The position numbers and the translations under genes are program-made. A DNA stretch of 64,000 nt from Alloascoidea hylecoeti (lineage: Eukaryota). How positions within the stretch are numbered: the stretch's first letter is position 1; every line of letters starts with the position of its first letter. Shown here piece after piece: positions 11,985 to 23,581 of the stretch. The DNA is taken from the NCBI GenBank assembly GCA_001600815.1, contig BCKZ01000007.1, forward strand, positions 124,001 to 188,000, given 5' to 3'. The notes beneath the pieces were generated by a model. It searched no databases, was not told the DNA's origin, and saw only the letters and a list, made by a program, of their open reading frames with translations.

Positions 11985-12935
11985 ATGTCCATCGTTGCAA
12001 TCAAGAAAGCCGTTGAACATATAGCTTCATCAAGTTCAAATGATCAATTGAAGTCCAAAGCAAGTACTTCAACTAGCTATGGTTCTTTGGATGTTACCCA
12101 GGTACAATTGTCTCCAGATTCAGAAGCTAACATAATTGGTAATAATTCAACCTCATCGAACGCGTCTTCATACAACTATATTGATGATGAACCAATAAAT
12201 AATGATCAAAGCTGGTCTTTACCATTCTTTTCGAAATCAGTTGACCCAAGAGTAATGTCAGATGTTATCATTGGTCTTTCTGATGGCCTTACTGTTCCAT
12301 TTGCTTTAACTGCTGGTTTAAGTAGTCTTGGTAATTCAAAACTTGTTATTACTGGTGGACTTGCAGAACTTGTATCTGGTGCAATATCAATGGGTTTAGG
12401 TGGTTATTTAGCAGCAAAATCAGAAGAAGAATTTTATGAATCTGAAGTCTTAAAAGAAAAATTAATTTATAATAATAATTTTAATAATAATAATAATCAT
12501 GATGATTCAAATTTAAAAATAATTGAAGTTTTAAATGATTATAATATAACAGATAAAACAATTAATTTTTTTATAAAAGATTTAAATAAAAATCCAAATA
12601 AATTAATTGATTTTATAATTAGATTTAATAAAAATTTAGAAAAACCAACTGAAGGTAGAGAATTTACATCAGCATTAACAATTGGTTTATCATATTTTTT
12701 TAGTGGTTTTATACCTTTAATTCCTTATTTTTTTATTGATGATGTTAAAAATGGTTTAATTTTTTCTGTTTTAATAATGATGATTACTTTATTTTGGTTT
12801 GGATGGATTAAAACAATTATTTCAATTGGACCCGATTCAAGTAATTTAACAAGATTTTCAAATGCTTTACAAATGGTTGTTGTTGGTGGTTGTGCTGCTG
12901 CTTCTGCTTGGGGTTTGGTTAAACTTATCCAATAA
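11985..12935 (+). CDS. CCC1: Vacuolar Fe2+/Mn2+ transporter (VIT1/Ccc1 family)
   Basis: N-terminus MSIVAIKK resembles yeast Ccc1; signature DPRVMSDVIIGLSDGLTVPFALTAGL; ELVSGAISMGLGGYL. Confidence 0.95.
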   Translation: MSIVAIKKAVEHIASSSSNDQLKSKASTSTSYGSLDVTQVQLSPDSEANIIGNNSTSSNASSYNYIDDEPINNDQSWSLPFFSKSVDPRVMSDVIIGLSDGLTVPFALTAGLSSLGNSKLVITGGLAELVSGAISMGLGGYLAAKSEEEFYESEVLKEKLIYNNNFNNNNNHDDSNLKIIEVLNDYNITDKTINFFIKDLNKNPNKLIDFIIRFNKNLEKPTEGREFTSALTIGLSYFFSGFIPLIPYFFIDDVKNGLIFSVLIMMITLFWFGWIKTIISIGPDSSNLTRFSNALQMVVVGGCAAASAWGLVKLIQ

Positions 12936-14467
12936 TTTAATGATTTTGTGCTATACAATTATTAATTAATATCTAACTTATTTCATCTTCCTTCTTTTTG
13001 TTATATCTTATATATATAGTGGCATACTATAACTAGCTATTAAAATTAATAATATAGATTTTAGAGATTTGAGAGATTTATTAAACTTTCAAGATGAAGA
13101 GCTATAAATTTTATAGCTAGCTATCGTATAAATAAGGGTCGAAGTGTAAGATATGGAAAATGCAATCGATTAAAGACTCATTGAAAAACCGTATATGTGT
13201 AAATATCCAGTGAAAGGATCAGATTATTTGATTATCATTTAATTTTATAGTTAATCATCATTATTAGTTCCAGACGATTTTAAAATCTTTCCGAAATACT
13301 AATAAGATGATGGCATTAAATTATTAATAAATAAATGAATAAATAAACAAATCATCATCTCTATTGATGGACGTAGCAGTCATGGAAGTTAACTGGTTTC
13401 TAGAAGTATGTAATGTCAGCAATATACAGTTTGATAAAATAAATTTATAAGTATAATCTTCTGAAAATCATTATATATGATATATCTATAGGTGTAGTAC
13501 GTGCGTGAATTAACGAATGAGGTTAGCCAGTTAACAAGGAAACTGAGGGAAAGGGATAGTTTGCAGGATGGACATAAGGAATAAAATCGGTTAGGGCCTA
13601 GGTATAATGAAATAGTCATAACAATAGAAATTATTGTTACAGCACTAACATTTATACAGTTTCACCCATGGGTATGGCCTAAGGTTTGCCAAGATGTGAG
13701 CAACACTTAGCTGTAGGCGCCTCTCGGATTTTCATGTTAAATTTCACTCAGAATTCCGCTATTTACAGTGATAGTTTTTTTCTCATGATAGGAGTCATTT
13801 CTTTGAATGAATTTATCTATCAAAATGGACATTACAAAAATGATTGTAATTAATTACCTTGTAAATCTATTTTTTGAAATACAGTATATAGTACTTCCAC
13901 TTAATTTCGGCTACAATCGAACTAAATATTTCGTCACCTTGTGGCAGGTTCAGAACAGAATCCATAGAACCAACAAAATCATATAGTGCTTATCTACGCA
14001 AACAGAATAGTTGGTTAGGCTCATCAATAAATGATTCATATATCATAATCAATGTTCAAAGTCTGCCAAAAACTTCTAAATACTACTATGGTTATTTTAA
14101 TTTTATATGTAATGTATAAAATCACCTTGATAGTTCAAATAGTATTAAAAACAATAAATAAACAAAACTCAAAATGAAATTAAAAAGTTAATCTTCTCAC
14201 CACTCAGAACCCATTCAACTATGGCATGCGCTAGATTGGTGGGGCAGAAGGGGAGTATTTTAAGTATTTTAGTTTTAACGAAAAGAAATCATTGAAATGA
14301 AAATTTTATATTTATAGTAATAGTATATATCAGTCCGGTATCAGATGTACCTATTAGTTTGATAGCCCTAATTAAAGAATACTGATTGAAATATTGTAGT
14401 TTTATTTGTAGTCTAGTTTATGTAAATATGTACTATTTATTGGATGCACATACGTATTGGTTAAAAT

Positions 14468-15577
14468 TCATTTACTTTTTTCTTCATCTTCATCATAAGG
14501 AATTTCTGCTAATGGTGTTAATCGATATAAATGTCGTCTTCCACCAAGCCAGTCATATGAAGCAGAATGAATAGTCCTCCTATTATCCCAAACTGCAACA
14601 GTCCCTTCTTCCCACTTTACCCTAATTTGAAGATCAGTTGTATTACCAGTGATGTCATATAAAAATTTCAATAAATATTCAGATTCATCTTTTTTATAAC
14701 CTTCAATGTATCTTGTGAATGCTCTATTAACAAAAAGTGCCTTTTCTCCAGTTGATGGAATTGTTCTTACAATTGGATGGAAGCTAGATATTTCGGGTTT
14801 ACGAACAACACCTCCTCTGCTAATGGCACTTTGAACTTGTTCATGACCAGAATGCAAAGCTCTTAAACCTCTTAAACGTTCTCTAAAAGCAGGTGATAAT
14901 CTTTTATATGCTTGAACTGTGTCTGCATAAACAGTATCACCACCAGTATAAGGTCCTTCTAAATCAACCAAGAATGTAGTGCTAGGTGGTTGTGTTTCAT
15001 ACGAAACGTCAGAATGCCATCCACTACCTCCAGCATATTCAGATCTAAGTAATTTATCTTCATATAAATCATCAGAATTGTATCTATGAACCAAATGAAT
15101 TTGTGGGTAACCTGCTGGTGCACCAGAAGTAGGATGAATATGTTGTGGTCCAAAATAATTGGCAAACTTAATTGAATCATCAATTGATAATTCTTTAAGA
15201 TCTTGATTTCTAAAAGCAACAACACCTCTTTGTGCAACAAACAAAGATAACTCATCTTTTGCTTTATCGGATAATTGTGATAATTGAATTCCACGAACTT
15301 CAGAACCAAAATGTGGTGATATATTAGTTTTTGAAAATTCAACACCTTTTGGAAATAAATTTGGAAATGATGGATCAGCTCTTGTACCTGGATCAACTCG
15401 ATTATGAATTGGTAATTGTTTTTCAGAAACTGCTGATTTATCCCAAACTGGTAAATAATGAGGATATTTTGCGCCAACTTGATCTTCTAATGGTAATTCT
15501 AATGTTATACCATCTTTTGAATAAGATTTTGGCTTTTCAATTGTTTGTGGTTGTGGTTTAGTGTCTACTGCAGGCAT
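14468..15577 (-). CDS. JLP1: Fe(II)/2-oxoglutarate-dependent sulfonate dioxygenase (TauD/Jlp1 family)
   Basis: WHSDVSYE (HxD motif), GGDTVYAD and WDNRRTIH. Family is certain; strict orthology is not. Confidence 0.88.
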   Translation of the reverse strand: MPAVDTKPQPQTIEKPKSYSKDGITLELPLEDQVGAKYPHYLPVWDKSAVSEKQLPIHNRVDPGTRADPSFPNLFPKGVEFSKTNISPHFGSEVRGIQLSQLSDKAKDELSLFVAQRGVVAFRNQDLKELSIDDSIKFANYFGPQHIHPTSGAPAGYPQIHLVHRYNSDDLYEDKLLRSEYAGGSGWHSDVSYETQPPSTTFLVDLEGPYTGGDTVYADTVQAYKRLSPAFRERLRGLRALHSGHEQVQSAISRGGVVRKPEISSFHPIVRTIPSTGEKALFVNRAFTRYIEGYKKDESEYLLKFLYDITGNTTDLQIRVKWEEGTVAVWDNRRTIHSASYDWLGGRRHLYRLTPLAEIPYDEDEEKSK

Positions 15578-16161
15578 CTTGATATTTTGATTGTAATATT
15601 TTCTTAATTGAAATTTGATATAATATTAATGAAGCACTTGTTATGAAATCTAAAAGTAGGATATAAAGAACCTTTTATATTTTGCGTTATTTTAACAAAA
15701 ATGACATAAATTTTGGCTTGAAATTTGTGGATTGGATACAGATCCGGAGATAGTGTTATTGTTACCATCTATTTACAGTAATAGCTAATCGTTTAATATC
15801 GTTAGACGTCGTGATAATCCGTGATGATCACGCAATTCAGCCATAAAGTTAGTAATATCAAGTTGATTTGAAGGTTTATCTATATTGTTGTTATTTAAGT
15901 GTAAAATGCCATCATTTTCAGCCAATTAGACGTGTCAATTTTTCTAACGGTGTGGCTGATCGTGGTAACTCAACCCCATATTAGCGCGAAATCTGATATT
16001 CATCGTACGATGATGATGTAAAAGGAAGGTACGGACGGTTTTTAGTTATCTTTACCTCCGAGTCTGGCTGTAGCTAACGGAATTAAATGGGGATAAACGT
16101 CTCACGTGCCATTTAATAATAATTAAATTATTAAATAAAAGAAAATATCTAGTTGTGGAAC

Positions 16162-16701
16162 ATGAAGATCAAAAGGCAAAAGCAATCTCTGTTACCACGT
16201 AATATCACCAATACTAGTAACACCAAGAAAATAAAGAAAGATGAGGAAATAATCAAGAGTAAAAATTCAACAAGTTTAGGAAGCGATCTAGATAAAAAGG
16301 GAAAAGGGAAGGGGAAAGCTACTTTTTTATCAACTATAGATCATCATGATATACAAGAAACTAAAGAAACATGTGGTGATCCAAACCAAGAAAAATATCA
16401 CTTAATATTGAAAAACTTGTATGGATTGAGCTCAAGTTATAGACCTATACCCTCAAATATACAGGAATCGATGGACTCAGCGTACAATATAGAATCGCAA
16501 GAAAACACCATCCATTTAATATTACGTCAGTTTGATCTCATAGCAAGATATGGTCCAACAGTGGGGTTTACCAGATTGAAAAGATGGCAACGAGCTGAAA
16601 AACTGGGATTGAATCCGCCTGAAGACATCAAAAATATCTTGGAATCAAAAGAAGCTCAGCTGTACAACTCATACAAGCAACCATATTCTTTTTATAATTA
16701 G
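16162..16701 (+). CDS. POLD4: DNA polymerase delta subunit 4 (p12/Cdm1)
   Basis: C-terminal LRQFDL..RYGP.VG.TRLKRWQRAEKLGLNPP signature. First ATG at 16162; CGCGAAA cell-cycle-like box at 15985. Confidence 0.85.
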   Translation: MKIKRQKQSLLPRNITNTSNTKKIKKDEEIIKSKNSTSLGSDLDKKGKGKGKATFLSTIDHHDIQETKETCGDPNQEKYHLILKNLYGLSSSYRPIPSNIQESMDSAYNIESQENTIHLILRQFDLIARYGPTVGFTRLKRWQRAEKLGLNPPEDIKNILESKEAQLYNSYKQPYSFYN

Positions 16702-17006
16702 CAATAGCAATAGCAGTAGCAGTAGCAATAACAAATAGTACAAATTAATATCACATCATTTCTAAGTTAGGTTATTCATATATTTAATTGAAAGTACGAA
16801 TCCCATATATTATTATTAGCATTGGGTACAATGGACCAGTACTAAGATTAGATTCAAGATTGAAACTTTACTACAATAATACTCATGTCAATAACAATAT
16901 ACACTAGATTCGTCAATTTTAATAATAAGCCACTAATAATCATAATCCATGTTATTTAGTCATCAATCATATAATATATAGTGTCATTGAAAAAGGAATA
17001 CTAAAT

Positions 17007-17479
17007 CTAATTGATTTTCAAAAGCTCAACTTCAAACTAGTATCAATTGCAAAGGTTAGTATCATCAATCAAATAATCTTTCAATATACTTTAATAAAAA
17101 TTGAAAATAAAACAATTAAAAACATACAAGAAGAGTGGCGTTTCCTGGGATCAACCCTGGGATACCACGTGGGCCATAAGCATAATCACCAGAAATTGTT
17201 AAAAGTGCCTTTTCACCTAAGGAAAGTTGTGGAACACCTTCATCCCAACCACGAATGACTTGTCCAACACCAATGACGGTTTGGAAAGGAGCACCTCTAT
17301 CACGAGAAGAATCAAACTTCTGTCCATTTTCAAGAGTACCGACGTAATGCATGGAGACTGTGTCACCTTTTCTTGGAAAGTTTTTTCCGTCACCTATTCA
17401 ATTGTTAGCTTTCTCTTACTTTTTTTTTGCAATTGAGTTGATATATACCTGGAGTAATTTGAGTAACTTGAACACCCAT
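17007..17479 (-). CDS. FPR1: FKBP12 peptidyl-prolyl isomerase; exons 17479-17449, 17393-17128, 17036-17007
   Basis: Spliced product [31 protein letters not shown]...[17 protein letters not shown]. Introns GTATAT..GCTAAC..TAG and GTATGT..TACTAAC..TAG. Confidence 0.95.
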
Positions 17480-18933
17480 CTTTAATTATAACAAAAATAT
17501 GTATGAAGAAGAAAAGATTGGGTCAATAAATTTTTTATATTCTAGACTCCCGATGAGGTAGGGTAACTATGACATCATGTTTCAAAAAGATTTAATAATA
17601 ATGATGATTTGCGGAGTTTCACAATTGTTCTTGTTAAAAATGTTTCTTTAATCTATAGGCTATAGCTATAAGTGGAGAGATGTATCCAGCCACTAAGCAT
17701 GGGAAAACACAACATGATTTATTAGTGTAGGTCTATAGATAAAGGCGCCTAAACTAGATTAGTCTATACTTTAATACATCATAAGTCAATTATCAAGTAT
17801 TGAAATGGTACTTCAGTAGCTGTATATTCCCTTTGTAATTGCAATTGATAGTCCTTAAAATCAAAGGAAACAAGAGGCCTCGAGCTCTTTAGTTACTTGT
17901 AACATCCGCATTCAGGTATTGAAATCAATAATCGCCTATTTTGTATTTCAATTGATGAAAATTATATTTTTCGTAGATTAAAATGATAAATCTATCCCAT
18001 CATTTAGTTATGTTGCCTAAAGTCAATTCGCGGTAAAAAAAAAAACGGTCACTAATATTCAATCCAAGGAAAAGTTAATTGGAACAAATTCGTCACACTG
18101 ATCATGAAAAGCTAAATTCTATTCAAAAAGACAACAACCATATTAAAAAAGAAAAATACATTTTGTCATTTAATTTAGGCCAAAATCATTTGAGACAAAC
18201 AGATTTATTCCATTTAACCAATCAACAAAGATCAATTGGTTTTGTTTGAAATATGATTCCAATGCTTACCTTTGAGAAGAATATTCGGTTAATAGAAGAG
18301 GAAATAATCGGAAGATCCGTCTAAACTTTTCGTTATACAGTTCTTGGGTTTGGCGGGTTAACATAGCTAATTGATACGTAGTCTACATTTGCAACTGTGG
18401 ATATGAATGAATGGTTCGTAACCAATATTTAACAAACCGCATAGGAATATGATGAAAATGATATAATTAACAGTATTATTAACATATTCTTGAGTGTAAG
18501 ATCTTATGTAAAAATAAAATCATACCACTTTACAATTTCACGGATACAGATTTTAAAAGACAGGCCGGTGCCGACGAGAAAAACGTTGACCATAACCATA
18601 TCACGATTATCACCGTCTGTGGTATAAAAAGGAGTGTATGACACCACCATCATTTTAGAGCCGTTTCGGATTAAATTGTAAAATTAAGTAACACCATAGC
18701 CATAGATTGATATATTAACATATGATTACCATATATTTAAAGTTTGTGTCAAATCCGATGAATTTCATACTTCAAAGAGTAAATTAAATACTGTCCAAAC
18801 ACCATTTACAAGCTGAAGTTACAACTTTTCTTCTACATATTGACACATTAATCCTTGAAACACTTTTCAACGGTGACCTTAACTTAAAGTCAATCAGTTT
18901 CTAGCAACTTTTTACTCACACAAAATCTATAAT

Positions 18934-20073
18934 ATGACTTCAGGAAACCTACCATTAATTACGGAACAACAATTGGAAGTTTATAGAAACCAAGGCAGAT
19001 TTATAGTAACCCTACAAAATAGACAGGTTTATGATGTTACTGATTTCTTATATGATCATCCCGGTGGTGATGAAATAATCAAAGAATGGGAAAATAAAGA
19101 TGTTACTGATGTAATGAGAGACTTAGATTCTCATGTTCATTCTGAATCTTCTTATGAAATGATGGAGGATAATTATTTGATTGCATTACTAGCAAATGAT
19201 GTTGAGATTGAAAAATTCGAACTAGCTAATAAATTTTCAGGACATGAAGGAGCACCTGGATTAAAGAAAAGAAAACCTTTTGAATTAACTGGTATTTCAT
19301 GTGCTGAAGAAATGGAAATTAAAACAGATTATGTTAGTGATTATAAAAAGCATCAATTTTTAGATCTTAACAAACCGTTATTTTTACAAGTATTATATGG
19401 TGGTTTTGATAAAGATTTTTATATTGAACAGATTCATCGCCCAAGACATTATGGAAATGGATCAGCTCCAATCTTTGGAAATTTTTTAGAGCCATTGTCC
19501 AAAACTCCATGGTGGGTTGTACCAACTCTATGGCTTCCGGTTAATGGTTATATTTGGTTTTTGGCTTCAAAAGGTTTAACACTATCCCAATTATTAACAT
19601 GCTTTATTGGAGGTTTATTTATATGGAGTATTCTTGAATATACAATGCATAGATTCTTATTCCATATGGAAAAGTATCTACCGAATAATGGACTTGCCTT
19701 GGCGTTGAATTTTCTGTTACATGGGGTACATCATTATTTACCAATGGATCGTTATAGGTTAGTTATGCCACCTGCTTTATTCATAATTCTAGCAACTCCA
19801 TTTTTCAAATTAGCACATGGTGTATTACCATTTTATTGGGCAAATGGAATATTTGCTGGTACTACCTTAGGTTATATTGGCTATGACGTTACTCATTATT
19901 TTTTACATCATAAGAAATTACCACAATTTTTAAATAATGTGAAAGAAAATCATTTAGAACATCATTATAAAAATTTTGATTTAGGATTTGGGGTTACTTC
20001 AACTTTATGGGATCATGTTTTCAGAACATGTTTCCCGTTTTATGAAAATATTAGTACTATAGCTAGTAACTAA
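18934..20073 (+). CDS. SCS7: Sphingolipid fatty-acid alpha-hydroxylase, copy 1
   Basis: Cytochrome b5 HPGG motif plus His boxes HRFLFH, HGVHH, HYFLHH and HLEHH. Confidence 0.93.
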   Translation: MTSGNLPLITEQQLEVYRNQGRFIVTLQNRQVYDVTDFLYDHPGGDEIIKEWENKDVTDVMRDLDSHVHSESSYEMMEDNYLIALLANDVEIEKFELANKFSGHEGAPGLKKRKPFELTGISCAEEMEIKTDYVSDYKKHQFLDLNKPLFLQVLYGGFDKDFYIEQIHRPRHYGNGSAPIFGNFLEPLSKTPWWVVPTLWLPVNGYIWFLASKGLTLSQLLTCFIGGLFIWSILEYTMHRFLFHMEKYLPNNGLALALNFLLHGVHHYLPMDRYRLVMPPALFIILATPFFKLAHGVLPFYWANGIFAGTTLGYIGYDVTHYFLHHKKLPQFLNNVKENHLEHHYKNFDLGFGVTSTLWDHVFRTCFPFYENISTIASN

Positions 20074-20519
20074 TTACACTATTAATTAGTGAATTTGAAT
20101 GACAACTTCAGGTTCAACAAAATAAATATTAATATAATCTAGATCATAATGCTGTGACTGGATACTTAGCATATTAGCACTTACAACATTAACAATTTAT
20201 TTACTTATGAATTTATGATATAACTATATATCCCAAGATATTGAGAAATGAGATCTCAATTACATTATTAGTAAGATATATCATAATAATATAGATCTAT
20301 CTTACAATATACATTTAAACTTATGGCATTGTAAATGGAAATAAAAGTTCATGAAAGTAGTGATATAGTAATAGGAGCTCTAGTAAGAATATATAAGAAA
20401 ATGTACTAACCTGGGTAACTAAAGCAGGTGGTACTGCTGGTATATACCTATATATATCTATTGCAGAGACTAGTAATCTCAGGATAATATTTAGAGAACT
20501 ATAATATCATATTAATATG

Positions 20520-20925
20520 TCATTGAAGGCAGACGAAAGACCATTAGCAAAATGATATGATTGGAACCTCTTCAAGGAGCACCCAAAGAACACATTTACC
20601 TTTACCACGCGTACGAGGCCCTCGAAATGGTAGGATCAAAGGAAGTCGCAACGGCCGCAGAGCCCTCTAGTAACGGTGTATCTAAACATGTCGAGAAGAG
20701 CGAAGCTCATTGCAGGTTCCGATAGACGACAAACTCTATAGCTAGAAGAACCAAGGCTAGGATGGAGGCAGCTGAACCTTCCTCGAACCTCATTCTAGAA
20801 CACAGTATATTGTTGGCGTGTATCGACACTGTCGAGAAAGTGGAGGTAGTTAACGAATACTTCCGTTTGGCCATCCAATGACCTGCATCCTCTGGAAACA
20901 CAAAGCCACCAATGTTAACAAACTC
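20520..20925 (+). pseudogene. GC-richer decayed coding relic between the SCS7 copies (possibly a transposase fragment)
   Basis: Abrupt compositional shift. One frame reads HIYLYHAYEALEMVGSKEVATAAEPSSN...*...MEAAEPSSNLILEH...VEVVNEYFRLAIQ* with an internal AAEPSSN repeat. Family not identified. Confidence 0.3.
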
Positions 20926-22021
20926 AAATTCTAAAAAAAATCATTAGGATCACATAAAAATTACATAATTATTAAATGTAAATCCATTCTATATTATTAA
21001 TATGATTTATAATCACTCATATTCATAAATTTAAGCATTTTAAAGATCTTATAGCTAGCCTTGGCTACGTATAATTAATAGATGCAGTTGGAAGATTTAC
21101 CGAAGAATCCGCTATATACATATAACTATATTATACTGACTCTTATAATTATTACTAGTACTGGGGGTCTGACTCTTTTATTACTGAAAAGGTAGAACAG
21201 GTGAGAACGCTCAGGTCGGTTCATGTAATTCTGTCCAAATAAAATAAAAAAGCAAAGTTACCATTCACTCTCGTCTGCAGTACTTGATAGTCAGTGAGGA
21301 AACGGTCCCCAAAAAAGATTTGTAGTTAAGCAAGTATATAATCGGCCCTCTTCTAACAATTTAAATGAATGATGGATCTATCGCTTGTCTCAACGTATTT
21401 TTCATATTCATACTTTGTAACTATAATGAGTCCGACGTATCATATATTTTATCACGCTATACTTATGTAGTCCGATTGTGAATAATTTTTTGTTTTAAAA
21501 TACTACAATGCATGCATGTAGATATATCCACGAATCACAATTGAAATCTGTGATCCATATAAGGTTATTCCTATTAGTCGCAAACTATCAATTGCAAGGA
21601 ATCTTTTAAAATTATTTCTACTCAACAATCTTATAGCTATAAGAGCTAGCGTATGACCGATCACATTCTGCCATTAGAGATAGATATACATGTAGTAAAT
21701 ATTATTATAAAATCAATTACATTAACAGTGAAATCATTGGTGTACATGTAGGTGCATTCCGAAGCTTATCCAAAGTAATACCTATATGATTTTTATACAG
21801 ATAGTTGCGGCGTTTATTTATTAACTAGTTCCGGGCCCGAGAAAATAGCATAATAATTAAATATTGCTTAGACTTTTTTTTTATTTAAAACATCAGTTCC
21901 TCATTTTTTGCTACTTCTTTTTTGTTGTATAATATCTCCTGAATTTTTCATCCAATGCAAACTAGCATTATCTAATCAATAAGCATAATTTCTTAAAGTT
22001 TAAATTTATTATTTGATCCTA

Positions 22022-23167
22022 ATGTCAACACAAAGTTTACCATTAATAACACAACAACAAATCGATAGCTATCGCGATTCTGGAAGAATAGTTGTTACTC
22101 TAAACAATCGGCAAGTTTACGATGTTACTGATTTCTTAGATGATCACCCAGGTGGTGGTGAGATCATTGAAGAATGGGGTGGAAAAGATATCACTGATAT
22201 TATGGGAGATGTTTACTCTCATGTTCATTCTGAATCAGCTTATGAAATGATGGAGGATAATTATTTAATCGGCTTATTATCAACAGATGCCGAAAATAAA
22301 CATTATGGGATTGGTGAATACTCAAATGATAAAGAATCGAACACAAATGTTAATGACGGAATAACTGAAAGAAAACCTTTTGAATTGACCGGTATTTCAT
22401 GTGCAAAAGAAATGGAAATCAAAACAGATTATGATAGCGATTATAAAAAGCATCGATTTTTAGACCTCAAAAAACCATTATTGATGCAAGTTTTAAGAGG
22501 TAATTTCACCAAAGAATTCTATTTAGAACAAGTTCATCGTCCAAGGCATTATGGAAAAGGATCTGCACCAATTTTCGGTAACTTTTTAGAGCCAATATCA
22601 CTAACACCCTGGTGGGTTGTACCAACTCTATGGCTTCCAGTTAATGGTTATATTTGGTATATTGCATCACATGGATTATCAGCACCTAAATTATTCACAT
22701 GCTTTACTGGAGGTTTGTTTATATGGACTCTTCTTGAATATTTAATGCATAGATTTTTATTCCATATTGAAAAGTATTTACCTGATAATAGTATTGCATT
22801 TACAACTCATTTTCTATTACATGGATTTCATCATTACTTACCAATGGATAAATATAGATTGGTTATGCCACCAACATTGTTTACAGCGTTAGCATTCCCA
22901 TTCTGGAAATTGGCTCATTTAATCTTCCCTTATTATTGGGCAACCGGTATTTTTGCCGGTGGTTCATTGGGATATATTGGATATGATGTTATCCATTATA
23001 GTTTACACCATAAAAAGTTACCGCAATTTTTAGATGATCTAAAAGAAAATCATATGGAACATCATTATAAAAATTATGATCTAGGGTATGGTGTTACTTC
23101 TACTTTATGGGATCATGTTTTTCATACTTGCTTCCCATTCTTTGAACCTCTACAAAAGACCGCATAG
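22022..23167 (+). CDS. SCS7: Sphingolipid fatty-acid alpha-hydroxylase, copy 2
   Basis: HPGG plus HRFLFH, HGFHH, HYSLHH and HMEHH; colinear paralog of 18934..20073. First ATG at 22022. Confidence 0.93.
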   Translation: MSTQSLPLITQQQIDSYRDSGRIVVTLNNRQVYDVTDFLDDHPGGGEIIEEWGGKDITDIMGDVYSHVHSESAYEMMEDNYLIGLLSTDAENKHYGIGEYSNDKESNTNVNDGITERKPFELTGISCAKEMEIKTDYDSDYKKHRFLDLKKPLLMQVLRGNFTKEFYLEQVHRPRHYGKGSAPIFGNFLEPISLTPWWVVPTLWLPVNGYIWYIASHGLSAPKLFTCFTGGLFIWTLLEYLMHRFLFHIEKYLPDNSIAFTTHFLLHGFHHYLPMDKYRLVMPPTLFTALAFPFWKLAHLIFPYYWATGIFAGGSLGYIGYDVIHYSLHHKKLPQFLDDLKENHMEHHYKNYDLGYGVTSTLWDHVFHTCFPFFEPLQKTA

Positions 23168-23581
23168 TTTAATTAGCAAAATATATGAAATTTCTAATTG
23201 AAATTGGAAACTCGAATTTGGAAGAAAAGAGTTAATGAATTTTTATATTGATTATGATCACGAGTAGGAACAGGAACAGGAACAGGATTTATTAACAAAA
23301 GGTAATAACAGAAATAATAATCAAATACGAATTTAACTGGTACTTTATAACTTCTATAATACTAATATTATGCAGTCTATGGTACATGCTACAAAGTATA
23401 TAGTTATAACTAATTGAAGAAGCTAACAGTCGCAAGAATGTGGCGTTAATGTTGATATAATATAATTTATTCAGGTGCCAACGTATCGCAGCTATAGTAG
23501 TGCTAACATGGAAACTATTAGGATTCCACTCTAGATCTACATCCACACGATCTTCCACACGATCTTATAGATCCTTCATTA

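Noticed and set aside
17116..17436. ORFs 17116..17352 and 17227..17436 as standalone genes
   Set aside because: They are exon 2 of FPR1 and its antisense shadow.
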